A DNA stretch of 63,414 nt, counting the filler, from Stramenopiles sp. TOSAG23-3 (lineage: Eukaryota), in the NCBI GenBank assembly GCA_900128585.1. It is 11 parts of 11 records of this genome, joined end to end, with 100 filler letters (N's around TTAATTAATTAA, not from the genome) between each part and the next. Parts side by side here need not be neighbours in the genome. Positions count along the whole stretch, not along the records: positions 46,260 to 51,915 come from LT643461.1; positions 52,016 to 57,667 come from LT643462.1; positions 57,768 to 63,414 come from LT643463.1; 8 more parts are not named here. One strand, written 5' to 3'. Positions 51,049 through 62,700 of this stretch are shown here, in pieces. Positions within the stretch are counted from its first letter, which is position 1. Each line of letters opens with the position of its first letter. The notes beneath the pieces were generated by a model. The model saw nothing but the letters and a program-made list of their open reading frames with translations. It had not been told where the DNA came from and searched no databases. A program made the position numbers and the translations under genes.

Positions 51049-51915
51049 TCTCTTTGAAAAAAGTCGCACTTTGAATATTATTGAAAAGAAGAAGAAAAAG
51101 AAATTTAAAAAACTCTTCGGTTGCTTATTTCTTGCGTTTGTATAAGTAAATGTAAATGACTATTCTTCTAGCCCTGTTTACATTTCAATTTACAGAATGT
51201 ATACTATATATTGTAAATGCAATAGTCGTCTAATTATGTTACATCATTAATTTCAATCCATTATTCAAATAATTATTATTTATTTTATTTATTATTTTGT
51301 TTTTTCTCTCTCCTCTTCTTCTTCTTCATCGATCGTGGGTCGTGGGGGCGTGGGGGGCAGCAGGCAGTAAGTTCTCTTTCTTCTTAAAAGTTATAATAAT
51401 TATTATTTATTACTTAAACTGTACGTACAGCTAACACCACAAAATTTATTTATTATTTACATATATACGAATACAAAGAGAGATAGTTTATTAAATTGTG
51501 ATTAAAATTCAAATACGTATAAATATATCATCCGTCCGAGCCTATTATATTATTTAGTTTTAAAGTCCTTTCCTATATAAGAACTAATTTTAATCTAAAA
51601 TACTAATAAATGTACAGTATGGCTTTTCTTCTTTTTTTTCCGATTTTTTTATTTTACATTAAAAGTTAGCGCGATGTGGTGGGGGTTGGTGGCGGTGGTT
51701 CTTTCTCATTAATAGTCGTTCTATATACTCTATATACTATGACGTTGCAATGCTATTTAATAGGACTTTCGAGCCGAGCACTTGTCTTTAGTTTTTATTG
51801 CTGTGTTGATGTTATATTGGTATTCTTTATTGTTGTGCGACGATTGGTCAATTTTGTTGTTGCAGCTAGCAGTGGTAGATGGGGTGGGGTGGGTGGCTCT
51901 TTTTTTTTTGTTTTG

Positions 51916-52015
51916 NNNNNNNNNNNNNNNNNNNNNNNNNNNNNNNNNNNNNNNNNNNNTTAATTAATTAANNNNNNNNNNNNNNNNNNNNNNNNNNNNN
52001 NNNNNNNNNNNNNNN
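51916..52015. other. Artificial contig linker
   Basis: N44-TTAATTAATTAA-N44. Confidence 0.98.
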
Positions 52016-52087
52016 CATGCACATGCACAGAAAAAAAACGAGAATGTTTTTCATCAAAGTACTTTAATAGTCTATACTTCTACGAGA

Positions 52088-52378
52088 ACCATCACCTTTT
52101 CCAACGGGATCAAATACGAAGGGACATTCATCGGGGGGCACCTGCAGGGAACGGGGAAGGCGACGTACAAGAACGGGAACATTTACCGCGCGCTGTTCAA
52201 ACACAGCGGCCTGGTAAAATTTCTAGGCGAGGCCGAAAAGAAGCAGGACGATATCATCCGCTTCATGCAGAAAGAAGGGTCTGCCGAAGAGAAGAAACGG
52301 AAAGAGTCGCAGGCCCAACACGAGCAGGAAGCGGAGGAGTACCGACAGATGCAGCAGAAGCGGAAGGGGCAGCAGTAG
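52088..52378 (+). CDS. Terminal exon of a MORN-repeat protein (absent from the ORF track)
   Basis: Manual translation TITFSNGIKYEGTFIGGHLQGTGKATYKNGNIYRALFK...KRKGQQ*, TAG at 52376-52378. Confidence 0.8.
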   Translation, partial: TITFSNGIKYEGTFIGGHLQGTGKATYKNGNIYRALFKHSGLVKFLGEAEKKQDDIIRFMQKEGSAEEKKRKESQAQHEQEAEEYRQMQQKRKGQQ

Positions 52379-52540
52379 CCGGCGGGGGTGTACCGACAAA
52401 ACATGATAAGATAAATTTTTGTTTTTAAAAAATACTCGGTACTAAACTGGGGTCTTCTGGGGTTTTAAACTCTGGCAAAAAACGCAGACGCTCGCGTTAT
52501 TCGCACGCGGCCCTTGCTACTTGCTACACTGCTCCAACGC

Positions 52541-54111
52541 TTACTTGATCTTCGGGCCGGCACGCATGACTTCGTCCACCAACAATAGCTGCGTTGCAAG
52601 GACATTACTCAGGTGAAGGCCTTGCCGTTTAACAATATAATTATCCCATATTCCTTCCTCTACGGGGGACATGCATTCTCCAGAGTCGCAGTTCAACCCC
52701 ACAGGGATGCCTGATTTCTCGTACTCCTCTTGCATCTTGATGATCGTATCCATGACGTCGAAGCCGCTGTTCTCGGCCAACGTTTTGGGGACGACGAGCA
52801 GGGCATCGGCAAAGGCCTGGACCCCCCGGCGCGCCTTGCCGGACACCGTCTGCATGAACTTCATGAGCTTATTGTGGCAAGCAATTTCATATGCCCCGCC
52901 GCCTGGGACGACTGCCAAGTCCTCGAACGAGTTCTTGACGTTGCGAAGCCCGTCGCGGATGGCGCCCTTCATCTGCGAGATGGTGTGGTCGTTGGGCCCC
53001 ATGACTTGGATGGTGCAACTAGTCGGGTTCCTGGTATCTTCGACGAACGTGAACTTGTCCTCCCCCAAAGTTTCTTCGTACACCTTTCCAGCCCATCCCA
53101 AGTCATCCGGCGTCAAATCGCACGTGTCGTTCACCGGTTTGCCCCCGCAGGCCAACGTCAAGCGCTCCATATTGCGGCGCTTGGCGCGGCGCAGGGCGAT
53201 GATCCCCTCCCTTTCTGGTTGAAGACGACAAAGTTGTACCCGTTCTCCGGGGTGCAAACCTGCTTCTTCAGCTCGATGACCTGCTTGACTTTGATGTCTG
53301 TGAAGCGGCGCTCGGCCTCGACCATTCGCTCGCGCTCTTGGGCGTTCTTGTAAAAGAAGCCACTGGAGTGCTCCGTCTTTTCGTACTCCATGGAAACGTT
53401 GCAGGTCAGGACGTAGCAGTTCTCCAGGTAGGTTGGCATATCCGGGTGGCGGGCCCCGTGGTCCATCAAAATCCCGCGGATCAAGCGGGAGTCCGCCGCG
53501 TTCTTGTGGCGCATGTGCATGATTTCTACCATGTGAAGGTCGATCCCCAGGTGGTCTTCCCTGCGGATGCACGTGATGGCGTCGACAACGATTTCGCAGA
53601 GCTGGTCGGCCAGCTGGCGGTCTAACTTGGTGCGCAAGCTGGTCCGGGCGACGTCGATCAAAAGGCTGCGCTTCTTCGCAATGTCGTCGTGCTTGATTTT
53701 GAACTCGTCCAAGAATTCAAGGGCGTGGTCCTTGGCCATCTCGAACCCGTCCGTGAGCACGCGGGGGTGGACCCCCTCGTTCAGCTCCCGCTCCGCCATC
53801 TTCAGCAGCTCGCCGCAGAAGAGCACCGCCGTGGTGGTCCCGTCCCCGGTCTGGACGTCCTGGGCGACCGCAGTCCTGGAAATCATAATCGCCGTAGGAT
53901 GCTGGATTTGCATTTCCGCGAGGAGGGCGCCGCCATCCTTGGTCAGCTTGATCTGCCCTGCGCCCCCCACAAGCATCTTCAACGTTCCCCGTGGGCCGAG
54001 GTTGCTCTTCAGGACCTCTTGGAGCCCTTTGGCGGCCATAACGTTCACCATAAGGGCTTGGCCGGAGCGCATAACTTCGGCGTTCTCATTGACTTGCGTT
54101 ACGGCGGCCAT
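52541..54111 (-). CDS. CCT6: Chaperonin CCT zeta subunit, interrupted by a frameshifting deletion at ~53210
   Basis: [38 protein letters not shown] | [32 protein letters not shown]. Confidence 0.95.
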
Positions 54112-55154
54112 GTTTAGAAAGTTGTATTGTGTTGTGTCGGTGTAGTGTTGGTAGACGATTTTGTCTCTTTTGTTACATAAACGTATATATATGTACGAAA
54201 CGTGCTGTTTAAAAAGTGTTAGTGTTTCAGTCACACTTCTACCTTCCTTTCAAAGCCCTTTTTTGTAATTGTTGAAAGAAGAAATAGTAAAAAAGAATAA
54301 TTTATTATTATTTATTTATTTCCCTCCCAGTCCCCCCACTGTTATCCTGTAGGAGGATGGTATTTGAAAAGTGAACAAATTAAAAAATAATTAATAATTA
54401 TTTTATTATGTAATTAAAAATGTTTTAGATTTTTTTGTAGTAATTTTAATTTTAATTCCCATTGTATTCTAATGTAAATCTGATAATCTGAAATTCAATA
54501 AATTATAATTAATAAATAGAAGTAATTATTATTATTACAAAGTATAGGTATTCCTATTTCTTTTATTCTTAAACTACATTATAAGTACAGTAATGGGTCT
54601 AATTGAAATGAATTGTTTGTTTCATTATACTCCTGCTGTTGTTATGTATTATAAAACCATACATACTCGTACAATAGTAGAACGACGAACAAGCTGCAAA
54701 TTTTAATTTTGTTGAAAAAATGAAAATGAGTGGCTGGTTGTTACTGTTTACGAGGTATTTTTATATAGATAGACAGACGAAGAGTGTATGATAAGTATAG
54801 AGACTATATAGTCTAGTAGTATTACTATTAAATCTAAATAAAATAAAATATGTCCTCCTCATATTTTTGAATTGATCACAATTCTTCCTAAATAAGCAAG
54901 CGTACGTAGAGCTATTTTATTTATTATACTCTAAATTTATTATTTAATTCTACACTGTTCCTATGCTATGCTCTCTATAAAAAACAATAATCTTCTTTTC
55001 AAATTTTTTATTTTTTGAGTATAACATAGTTCTTCTATTTTATTAAAAAAATAAGAAATAGAATGCAGAATATACGTACTTATTTATCTTAATATGTATT
55101 TTAATATAATAACTTCCTATTTATTTATCAATTTGAGAAAACAACTCAATTCAG

Positions 55155-55182
55155 TTTAGGATTTAGGATTTAGGATTAGGAT
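55155..55182 (+). repeat. (TTTAGGA)n telomere-like short tandem repeat
   Basis: TTTAGGA x3 followed by TTAGGAT. Confidence 0.7.
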
Positions 55183-56014
55183 GATTTACAATTTCCTTCT
55201 TTTAACACACTTTACTTGGCTCAAACCCGTTGTCTAAGATATCCAATGCTGTGTATATCTATATATATATATAGGAGTACAATTGAAAGGTTGGTTGGTA
55301 TTAATAGTCGTTTTGTGAGTGTTGTATCCCTTCTAGAAGGGATGATGACGCATGACTACGTGGCAACTAAAATTCTTTTGTTGTGTTGCTGTTATTAGGT
55401 TATATAATTTTATTGTTTTTGTACTTTGGAAGACGCCTCCTCGTAGAGTTTAATTTTAAATACAAGGTCGTAGTATTAATATTTTAATGCACATACAATG
55501 CTGCCTTCCTCCTCCTTCCTTTGCAATACTGTGCCTTTCCCTATTCTCATTGCCTTCCTACCTTTATTATACATTACAAGCCTATTATGCAACAACATTC
55601 CATCATCATCATCTTCTTTTTTCATTATTATTTTATTATTTCTTCTTCTTCTTTTTTTCTTCTTCCTTTTTTTTTTTTTTTTGTGTTGTGCCGTTTCTTC
55701 TTGTTGTTGCTGCTGTCTCTTTTTTTTTGAAAGAAAGGAAAGACTCTTCTACCACCACCAGTTAACAACAATCCAATACACAATGGAACTATTTTATTAC
55801 TTCAACCATACATTGTTAAATGCTGTGACATTATCTGTTGAATCTGCCGATTTCATCTTTAAGATCTCTGGGAATCGTTTCATTGAAACGTCATAAGATT
55901 CCTTGCATCGTGTTTTGTGTGTACGGACCGCACCACGTTCCTTTCTTCCCTTGTGTGGTTCTTTCCGTCCAGTGGTGTTTTCTTGTCTTTTTATTTTTTT
56001 TGTTCGTTTAGACT

Positions 56015-57409
56015 ATGTCCTCTTTTGCGTCGGTGCCTGCAGGGGTGTCATTGGGTGCCGTGGGCGGTATAGGCCCTCCTCGGCTTTCCCTGTTCTTCTC
56101 CGACGAGGAGCTCAAGTCGATGGCCAGCGAGGAGGCGGTGTCGGCCAGCCTGGGCAAGATGGGCGGCCTGGGCTACTCGTTCGGGTACTCGCGGACGCCG
56201 AAGCTGTACCGCATGTTGTCGTCCCACCCCAAGTATTTAGAAATGGAGTTGAAGAGTTATGACATGGTTTTTCGGGGGGACGGCCCGCTACCCCTAACGT
56301 GGAGGAACTACATCGCCATCATGGCGGCAAGCCGGTACAACTGCGAGTATTTAGTCCATATGCACCGGCGGCAGTTCCTTGCCAACGGGGGGGACCCCAG
56401 CTGGCTCAAGGGGCTCTCGCACGCCCCGAAGAAGCTCACGCGCTTGCAGAGCATCAACGCGATCCTGGCGCACCGACCGTGGCTGATAAACAAGGACGAC
56501 ATTGGGGCGTTGACGGAAGAGGGCTCGGCGACCTTCTCGGTATCGGAAGTCTTGCTGGCCATCTGCATCATGAGCATCGTCCACTCCCATGCTGGGTTTG
56601 TCCTAGGGATGGGGCTCTGCTTGGAGCCGGAGGACGTGGAGGGAGACGAGGGGTCGGGGACCAGCGCATCCCCGCCCCGTGCAAAGTCGAGAAAGATAAG
56701 GCCCACCGCGATTGGCCAGGGCGGCGACGGGGGGGGGGCGGGCGGGGCCCCGGGGACGAACGGCGATTTTGATGACGCGGAGATCTTCCAACGGCTGGGG
56801 TACGATATTGAGAAGCTCATCGAGGACGACGATACACGGGAGGAGGACGTCTTTGAGCAGGTGGAGGGGGCCATCCAGATCAAACAGGAGAAGCAGCAGC
56901 TGTCGGACCTTTCCGTGTACTGCGGGGATGACCAGCTAGACTACGAGGATTATAGTGTAAAGGACCAGGGAATGCTCAAGTCCCAAGAGTTCAGCTGGGT
57001 GGAACAGTGCCACGCGCTTCTCGGGCGATACTACCCGGACCTGGCGGATCACTTCGACGAGCAGTTCGAGTTCACCTACGAAATGACGTATAACACGTTT
57101 GGGGACAAGAAGACGGAGAAAAAAACAGACGCTTTCCGGCAAGCGGTGTGGTACTACGTCCACCGGCTCGTGGGCATCTGCAACGACGACTACGAGTACC
57201 GGCAGGTGAACTTGTTCCTGACCCGGCCCATCAAAGAGTACACGAAGACGGTCTGCTGCTTCCCAGAAACGGTCGTGGAGGAGGACTTTGAAAAGTTCTC
57301 CTCGAGCATTACCGTTGGGGAGAAGTGTCACGTGAACCTGCTCATCCTGGAGGCAAGGAAGCAGGCCGAGCTGATCTACGGGATACGGGCAATCACTGGG
57401 AAACGGTGA
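56015..57409 (+). CDS. SESN: Sestrin (PA26 family)
   Basis: DGPLPLTWRNYIAIMAASRYNCEYL, INAILAHRPWLI, MTYNT, GICNDDYEYRQVN, EKCHVNLLILEARKQAELIYGIRAI. Confidence 0.95.
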   Translation: MSSFASVPAGVSLGAVGGIGPPRLSLFFSDEELKSMASEEAVSASLGKMGGLGYSFGYSRTPKLYRMLSSHPKYLEMELKSYDMVFRGDGPLPLTWRNYIAIMAASRYNCEYLVHMHRRQFLANGGDPSWLKGLSHAPKKLTRLQSINAILAHRPWLINKDDIGALTEEGSATFSVSEVLLAICIMSIVHSHAGFVLGMGLCLEPEDVEGDEGSGTSASPPRAKSRKIRPTAIGQGGDGGGAGGAPGTNGDFDDAEIFQRLGYDIEKLIEDDDTREEDVFEQVEGAIQIKQEKQQLSDLSVYCGDDQLDYEDYSVKDQGMLKSQEFSWVEQCHALLGRYYPDLADHFDEQFEFTYEMTYNTFGDKKTEKKTDAFRQAVWYYVHRLVGICNDDYEYRQVNLFLTRPIKEYTKTVCCFPETVVEEDFEKFSSSITVGEKCHVNLLILEARKQAELIYGIRAITGKR

Positions 57410-57667
57410 AAACAAGGGGGGGAGTGCGTGTGGGTGGGTGGAGGCGAGAGGAGAGGAGGGGGCAAGAGGGGGACGGCGTAAAATCTGAAATCCCCGTTCT
57501 TAGTATACAGTATATACTAGTTATTAACTCGCTTATTATTTCCTATGATTTTAGTGTTAATATATCATCTAGGCTAATGGAAAGCGTTATTCATACGCGC
57601 CTAGAAAAATCGGAAATCCACCATTTTTAAGCTGTTGGGGTTTAACATGAACACAGCATTAATGATG

Positions 57668-57767
57668 NNNNNNNNNNNNNNNNNNNNNNNNNNNNNNNNN
57701 NNNNNNNNNNNTTAATTAATTAANNNNNNNNNNNNNNNNNNNNNNNNNNNNNNNNNNNNNNNNNNNN
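57668..57767. other. Artificial contig linker
   Basis: N44-TTAATTAATTAA-N44. Confidence 0.98.
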
Positions 57768-58689
57768 TTCTTCTACCATTTTTTTTTTTTCTCTTTCTTA
57801 TTATTTAATAAAACTTCTTTATTCGGTAGTTAGAATTATCAACTTCAAAAACTGTATTTAACATTAGTTTGTATTTAAATATATATTTACACTATTAAGC
57901 TATTTACACTTATATGAATTATACATAGAATTATCAAATAAAACAACATTTCTTCAAACAAAGCAATCCTTCCACTTTCTTTAATCCTCCTTCCTTACAA
58001 TATATGTCCTTCCTATTTCATATATATATATAGGTATTTATTATATGCACAATATTAAATAAACTTAACATATACACAGCATTAAACTATAACAAGAATA
58101 CAAATTGGAAGGAGTGGGCCATTAGCAAATAGCAAATGGGGCACACCATCATCACTCAGCCCATTTTGTTTTTAATAGTATTACGTAATACTTAATATAT
58201 CCAATATTTTGGAGGGATACAAAGACTTAAATTCTTTTTTTTAAATAATAAATAATTAATCGAATAAGATCAGAGATTGTTTTCATGATTTTATTAAATT
58301 GGTTTTGTTTGTTTGATGAAGAAAGCTCTTGTCTATGTAATTAATTAAAAGAAGAAGAAAAGAAAAAAAAAGGAAACGTCCGTCGTTTAAGAAGTGAATG
58401 TTAGTGGTAACTTGCATTAACTCCACAATTATATATGTTATAAAACGGAAATGATTTTGCAAATGTGTTTATTTAAGATTGTTCATCCATACGACCGTCT
58501 TTTTTTTTTGTTCGGAACAGTTAATTGTAGTTGTCGAGAAACGAAGTCTTTCGTGCTTTTTAGTACCAGGGTGCTTCTCGTTTGTCTTTGGGATCTCTTC
58601 CTCGACCGTGTGGTGTGCCACTGATTTGCAGCCAAAGCTCGCAGTGAAAGCCCGTGCCTATCAAACCTACAGGCTGTTTTGCTCGCAAC

Positions 58690-59520
58690 ATGTCCGCAGT
58701 TGCGTTTGAAAAGCAGCAGCAGCAAGTTGTTATGCAACAACAACAGCAGCAAATCCAGCAAAATGGTGCTGTCCCCAATAGTCATACCAATGCACCCAAC
58801 GACGGCTCTAGCGCCAAGAACGGAGGGTCAAGGAGTGCGTCACAGTCCGTTGATGAAACACCAGTAGTGGCACCTTCCAAGGAGGAGAAGAAGAAGAACG
58901 CTGCGCAGAAGGAGAAGAAAAGCCGGAGAAAGATTAAGATTAAATTGTCTCTCCCGGGCAAAGAGAAAGATGTTAAAAAGCACTTAGAGTTCATATTTAC
59001 GTTAGACAAGGACACCCCGGATGGACTGGCGAACGAGATTTTTCACGCCCGCGAAGATTTAGGAATTTCATTAGTAGAAGATCAAATAGTGAAGGTTGCA
59101 AACACCATCAGAAAGTCAGTCAACTTGGTCAAATTGAAAGTGAAAAAGCCAAGATCGGCAAAGGGTTCAAAAGCCGATTCGGTTATAGTTAGTAGTAAAA
59201 CGTTGAAACCGGGCGATACGTCCTTGTTAGCGAGTAGTGGGGCCCCGGCAATATTGGAGCAAGATAAAGAATACCAGAAGGAATACGAGAAGTACAACTC
59301 AGAATTGCAAAAGCTTTACACGGAGCAAAAGGTAAGAAAACAGAAGAAGGACAATGATTTGTTGAAGAAGATTGAAACCGAGACCATTGAAGTGACTGAA
59401 TTTATGAAATCGGCGAGAATTAATGTTGATAACTGGAACAAAACGTACGAGAAGGGTTTGGCAGATAAAGTGGCTGTGACTACCAAAATTATGGACGACG
59501 CCCAGAGGAGTACACAGTAG
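58690..59520 (+). CDS. Hypothetical protein: poly-Q start, WNK/OSR1 CCT-like domain, coiled coil
   Basis: KIKLSL..KKHLEFIFTLDKDTPDGLANEI resembles the IxFxFDLxxDTPxxVAxEM motif; ends uncertain. Confidence 0.6.
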   Translation: MSAVAFEKQQQQVVMQQQQQQIQQNGAVPNSHTNAPNDGSSAKNGGSRSASQSVDETPVVAPSKEEKKKNAAQKEKKSRRKIKIKLSLPGKEKDVKKHLEFIFTLDKDTPDGLANEIFHAREDLGISLVEDQIVKVANTIRKSVNLVKLKVKKPRSAKGSKADSVIVSSKTLKPGDTSLLASSGAPAILEQDKEYQKEYEKYNSELQKLYTEQKVRKQKKDNDLLKKIETETIEVTEFMKSARINVDNWNKTYEKGLADKVAVTTKIMDDAQRSTQ

Positions 59521-59781
59521 TCGCCGGTGGGCCGTGGAGGCGTGGAAACGGCTTCTTGGACCAGAGAAGGAACAAACCTTTTGCATTGAAGCAGTACGAG
59601 ATAATGCTTAACACATACGCATATAATACACATTATTCAGTTTTTGTTTTTCACTTTTTAACGACACTTAAACCCATTCGTATTCACTTGCGGAACGAGG
59701 AGAAGGTTCTGCAACCGAGCGTGTCTTGTCGGACTTCTCGCACGCGTGCTCCGTCGCCCCACGCCCGTGCCTAGATTGATC

Positions 59782-62700
59782 TTACTTCTCCGCGCGCAAT
59801 GTGTAGCCCTGTTGCCCTTTCGCGCCAAGAATTAATTCTTGCTCGTGGTAGTCGGACAGAGCGAGGCGTTTGGAAACTGTAATGCATACAATGCCGCGAC
59901 GAAAGGCTGCTTCATACAAGCGCCTCTCCACGTCCGTGCTCACGGCGTCTGTGCATTCATCCAATATGGCAAACGACGGTTCTTGGTAAAACAGGCGAGC
60001 CATTCCAAGCCGCTGTTGTTCCCCTAGCGAAAGAACTTCGTCGAATTTTCGCTCAACGTGCCACCCACCGTCGCGCTCCACCAAATAGTCTATTCCAACT
60101 AGCTTCAGCAAATCGAGGCATCTGTCCAGTATCTCTTCGTTTACGGCATCAGTCTCTAGCTTCGATGGGTACGTCATTTGATCCAACAATGTTCCGCGAA
60201 CGCTGTACATTTTCTGCGGAACAACCGATACGTCCCCGACAATATCAATCAGGGCGCTGTTTTCCTTTCCGCGAAAATAAATTGGCCATAACCCTGAAAG
60301 CACTCTTACGAAAGAAGTCTTTCCACAAGCATTGGGGCCCGTGATTTGTAATCGGTGCCGTATGTCTACGCTCACGTTAACGTTGCTGGCCAGGCAGACT
60401 CCTGCTGGTGTCACTATATCGAGGTTCTTCACCTCAATCCGTTTTTTCCCATCGGTGGCCGCATGCGTTAAGCGCTGCTCCTTGCTCATGTACGGAGGTA
60501 AGGGCTGGTCATCCAGGAGGCGTTGAAAACTTGCCAATCTCTGTACCGTGCCAATGAATTCTCCGAACTTGTCCATTTTATTAAAGATTGCAAGTGCGGC
60601 GTCCTTTACTTGGCCATTAACCCCGATAATAACCGATTGTTGGTCGCTGACCAACAACGCGTTGCTGCGATCAAACGTAGTCTGGGCTCTGCCTCCCAAC
60701 GATGCTTCTGCCACGGTAAACTGCAGGTACATAGACACTATCCCCGTGACACGGTCTCCGAAGAACGATTTGCACCAACCAAACCAGAAGGCATTCCATA
60801 TTTCCAAGTTTTCTGTGTCCACTACCCGCTCAAATTTTTTCTTCGCGACACTCTTTTCTTTCTGGCCGCCTCCAAAAAATGCTATCGATTCACTATGCAT
60901 CCGAGTGAACGACTGAGAAAACTTGTACTCGCCCATCACTTTCGTTTTAGCCTGGGTAAGAACACTGTACTGTGGCATCACCTGGTTTAAGAATACACTC
61001 ATTGCGGTCAAGTAGCTGTACATGACGGCTCCAGGAAGCCCAATTTCCTTCATCAGGGATACCCCAAACATTAGTATTTTCATGACTGGCTCTACCAAAT
61101 CCTGTTGAAGCTGCGTTATTTTTTCTGCGAATTGCTGCACATCGTCGCAAATGCGAGTTTCTGGGTCCTGAATACGGCCGTCTACCGTTTTGAGACTGTA
61201 ATAGCCAGCTTTGGAAATGTATTTGTCCATCAACTTTTTAGTTACTCCTTCATAGATGTCGATTTGTAACGAACAGTGCCACGACAGGCTGAAGTAGTCC
61301 ACTACAGAAAGCGCTGTGGCGTTGAGTGCATACTGAAAAAAGGACTGCCAAAACAGTAGCCGTGACCCCATCATCATGGCCCGGAACATTTTTGTTTGGA
61401 TATTTATGCCACGGTGAACTATCAAAGCAGACTGCGTTATGGTGCCTCCGAGAATGCCAAATGCCAGCAAAACACTTTTATACGAAATGGAATTCGACAG
61501 GACAAAATACACGTCACGAAGGGTGGATACGATGCTTCCACCATTTGGAACTGCTTCGCGGTTACAAGGGAGCCCCTCGTACGGCACTGACCGCTCAACT
61601 TCCTCGGCACTCCGTGCCCGGTCATCTGCGAGTCCGGCGGTGTCGCCCTTCTTGGGCGTCTTAAACGCACCACATTTGTTCAACAGCAATGTTTTGAGCT
61701 GGTCTGGGGTGCGAAGTACCTTGTACGTGAACGACCCCGCCTCGTCGCCATGGAGCACCAGCGATTTGCAGTGCAGCGACTTCAGCATCGGCCTGTGGCT
61801 GATGGTTATATAGGAAATTTCCATCTCACTCAGCAGAAAGTAAAGCTTTTTTTCCATTTCCAGGGCCACCCCGGAGGTGCACTCATCGAGGATTGCAAAC
61901 TTTGGCTTGTGGTGTATGAGCCGTGCAATTGCCAAACGTTGCTTCTCGCCCAACGAAAGCGTTTCTTCCCAGTTTGTATCTCTTTCAAAGACGCCCTGGC
62001 GCTCAGTAAGGTACTGAAGCCCTACCCGGGCAAGGATGTTTCCCGCATATTCTCGTGTCAACCCACCCTTCCCACCGCCACGGTCGGGGTAAGCTAGCTG
62101 GTCAAACAAGGTCCCAATGACGTTGTACGGTTTCTGGGGCAGGTAATAGACATGGTTCGCGTTGGGTTTCGTGATTTTCCCGGTGGGCACGTTCCACAGT
62201 CCAGCCAAACAACGAAAGATGCTGCTCTTTCCTGCTCCATTGTGGCCGGTAAGAAGCAAACTGTCGTTCTCTGCTTCCAAAGAAAACGATAAGTCTTTTA
62301 CGAGCAGGTTGCCCGTGGGAGTGACGACGTCGACGCTGTCAAAGGCCAGCCTGTCGCCGCTCGCAAAGTGTTCCCCGCCGCTCGAAAAGTCAGTGGCGGT
62401 AAGTTTGTCCAAAACCCCTATCAATTTTCTAATCCGACTTCCCTCCCCTTCTATCTTATTTAGCTCCATCATCTGCTGCGACAAATTCCACGCCGCAACT
62501 AGCACTTGCAAGCACAGCATGAACTGGTAATTCAGAGTACCCCGTTTCGAACGAAACGATTCAAGGTCCATTCGGTGTTTCCGTCCAAAAACGGCCGGGC
62601 CACAAACGATGGTGATCACGGTCACGTGCAGGCCGTAATTCATAAAGGCGGTGTTCCACGACAAGTGCTTCGTGAAACTTTCATACAGAACTCGTTCCAG

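Noticed and set aside
53158-53572. Programmed ribosomal frameshift in CCT6
   Set aside because: Conserved residues are physically missing, so frameshifting could not restore the protein
5700-57767. Regularly spaced TTAATTAATTAA motif every ~5.77 kb resembling a periodic array
   Set aside because: Each copy is flanked by N44 runs and segment lengths fall monotonically (5699 to 5647): these are artificial linkers between size-sorted contigs
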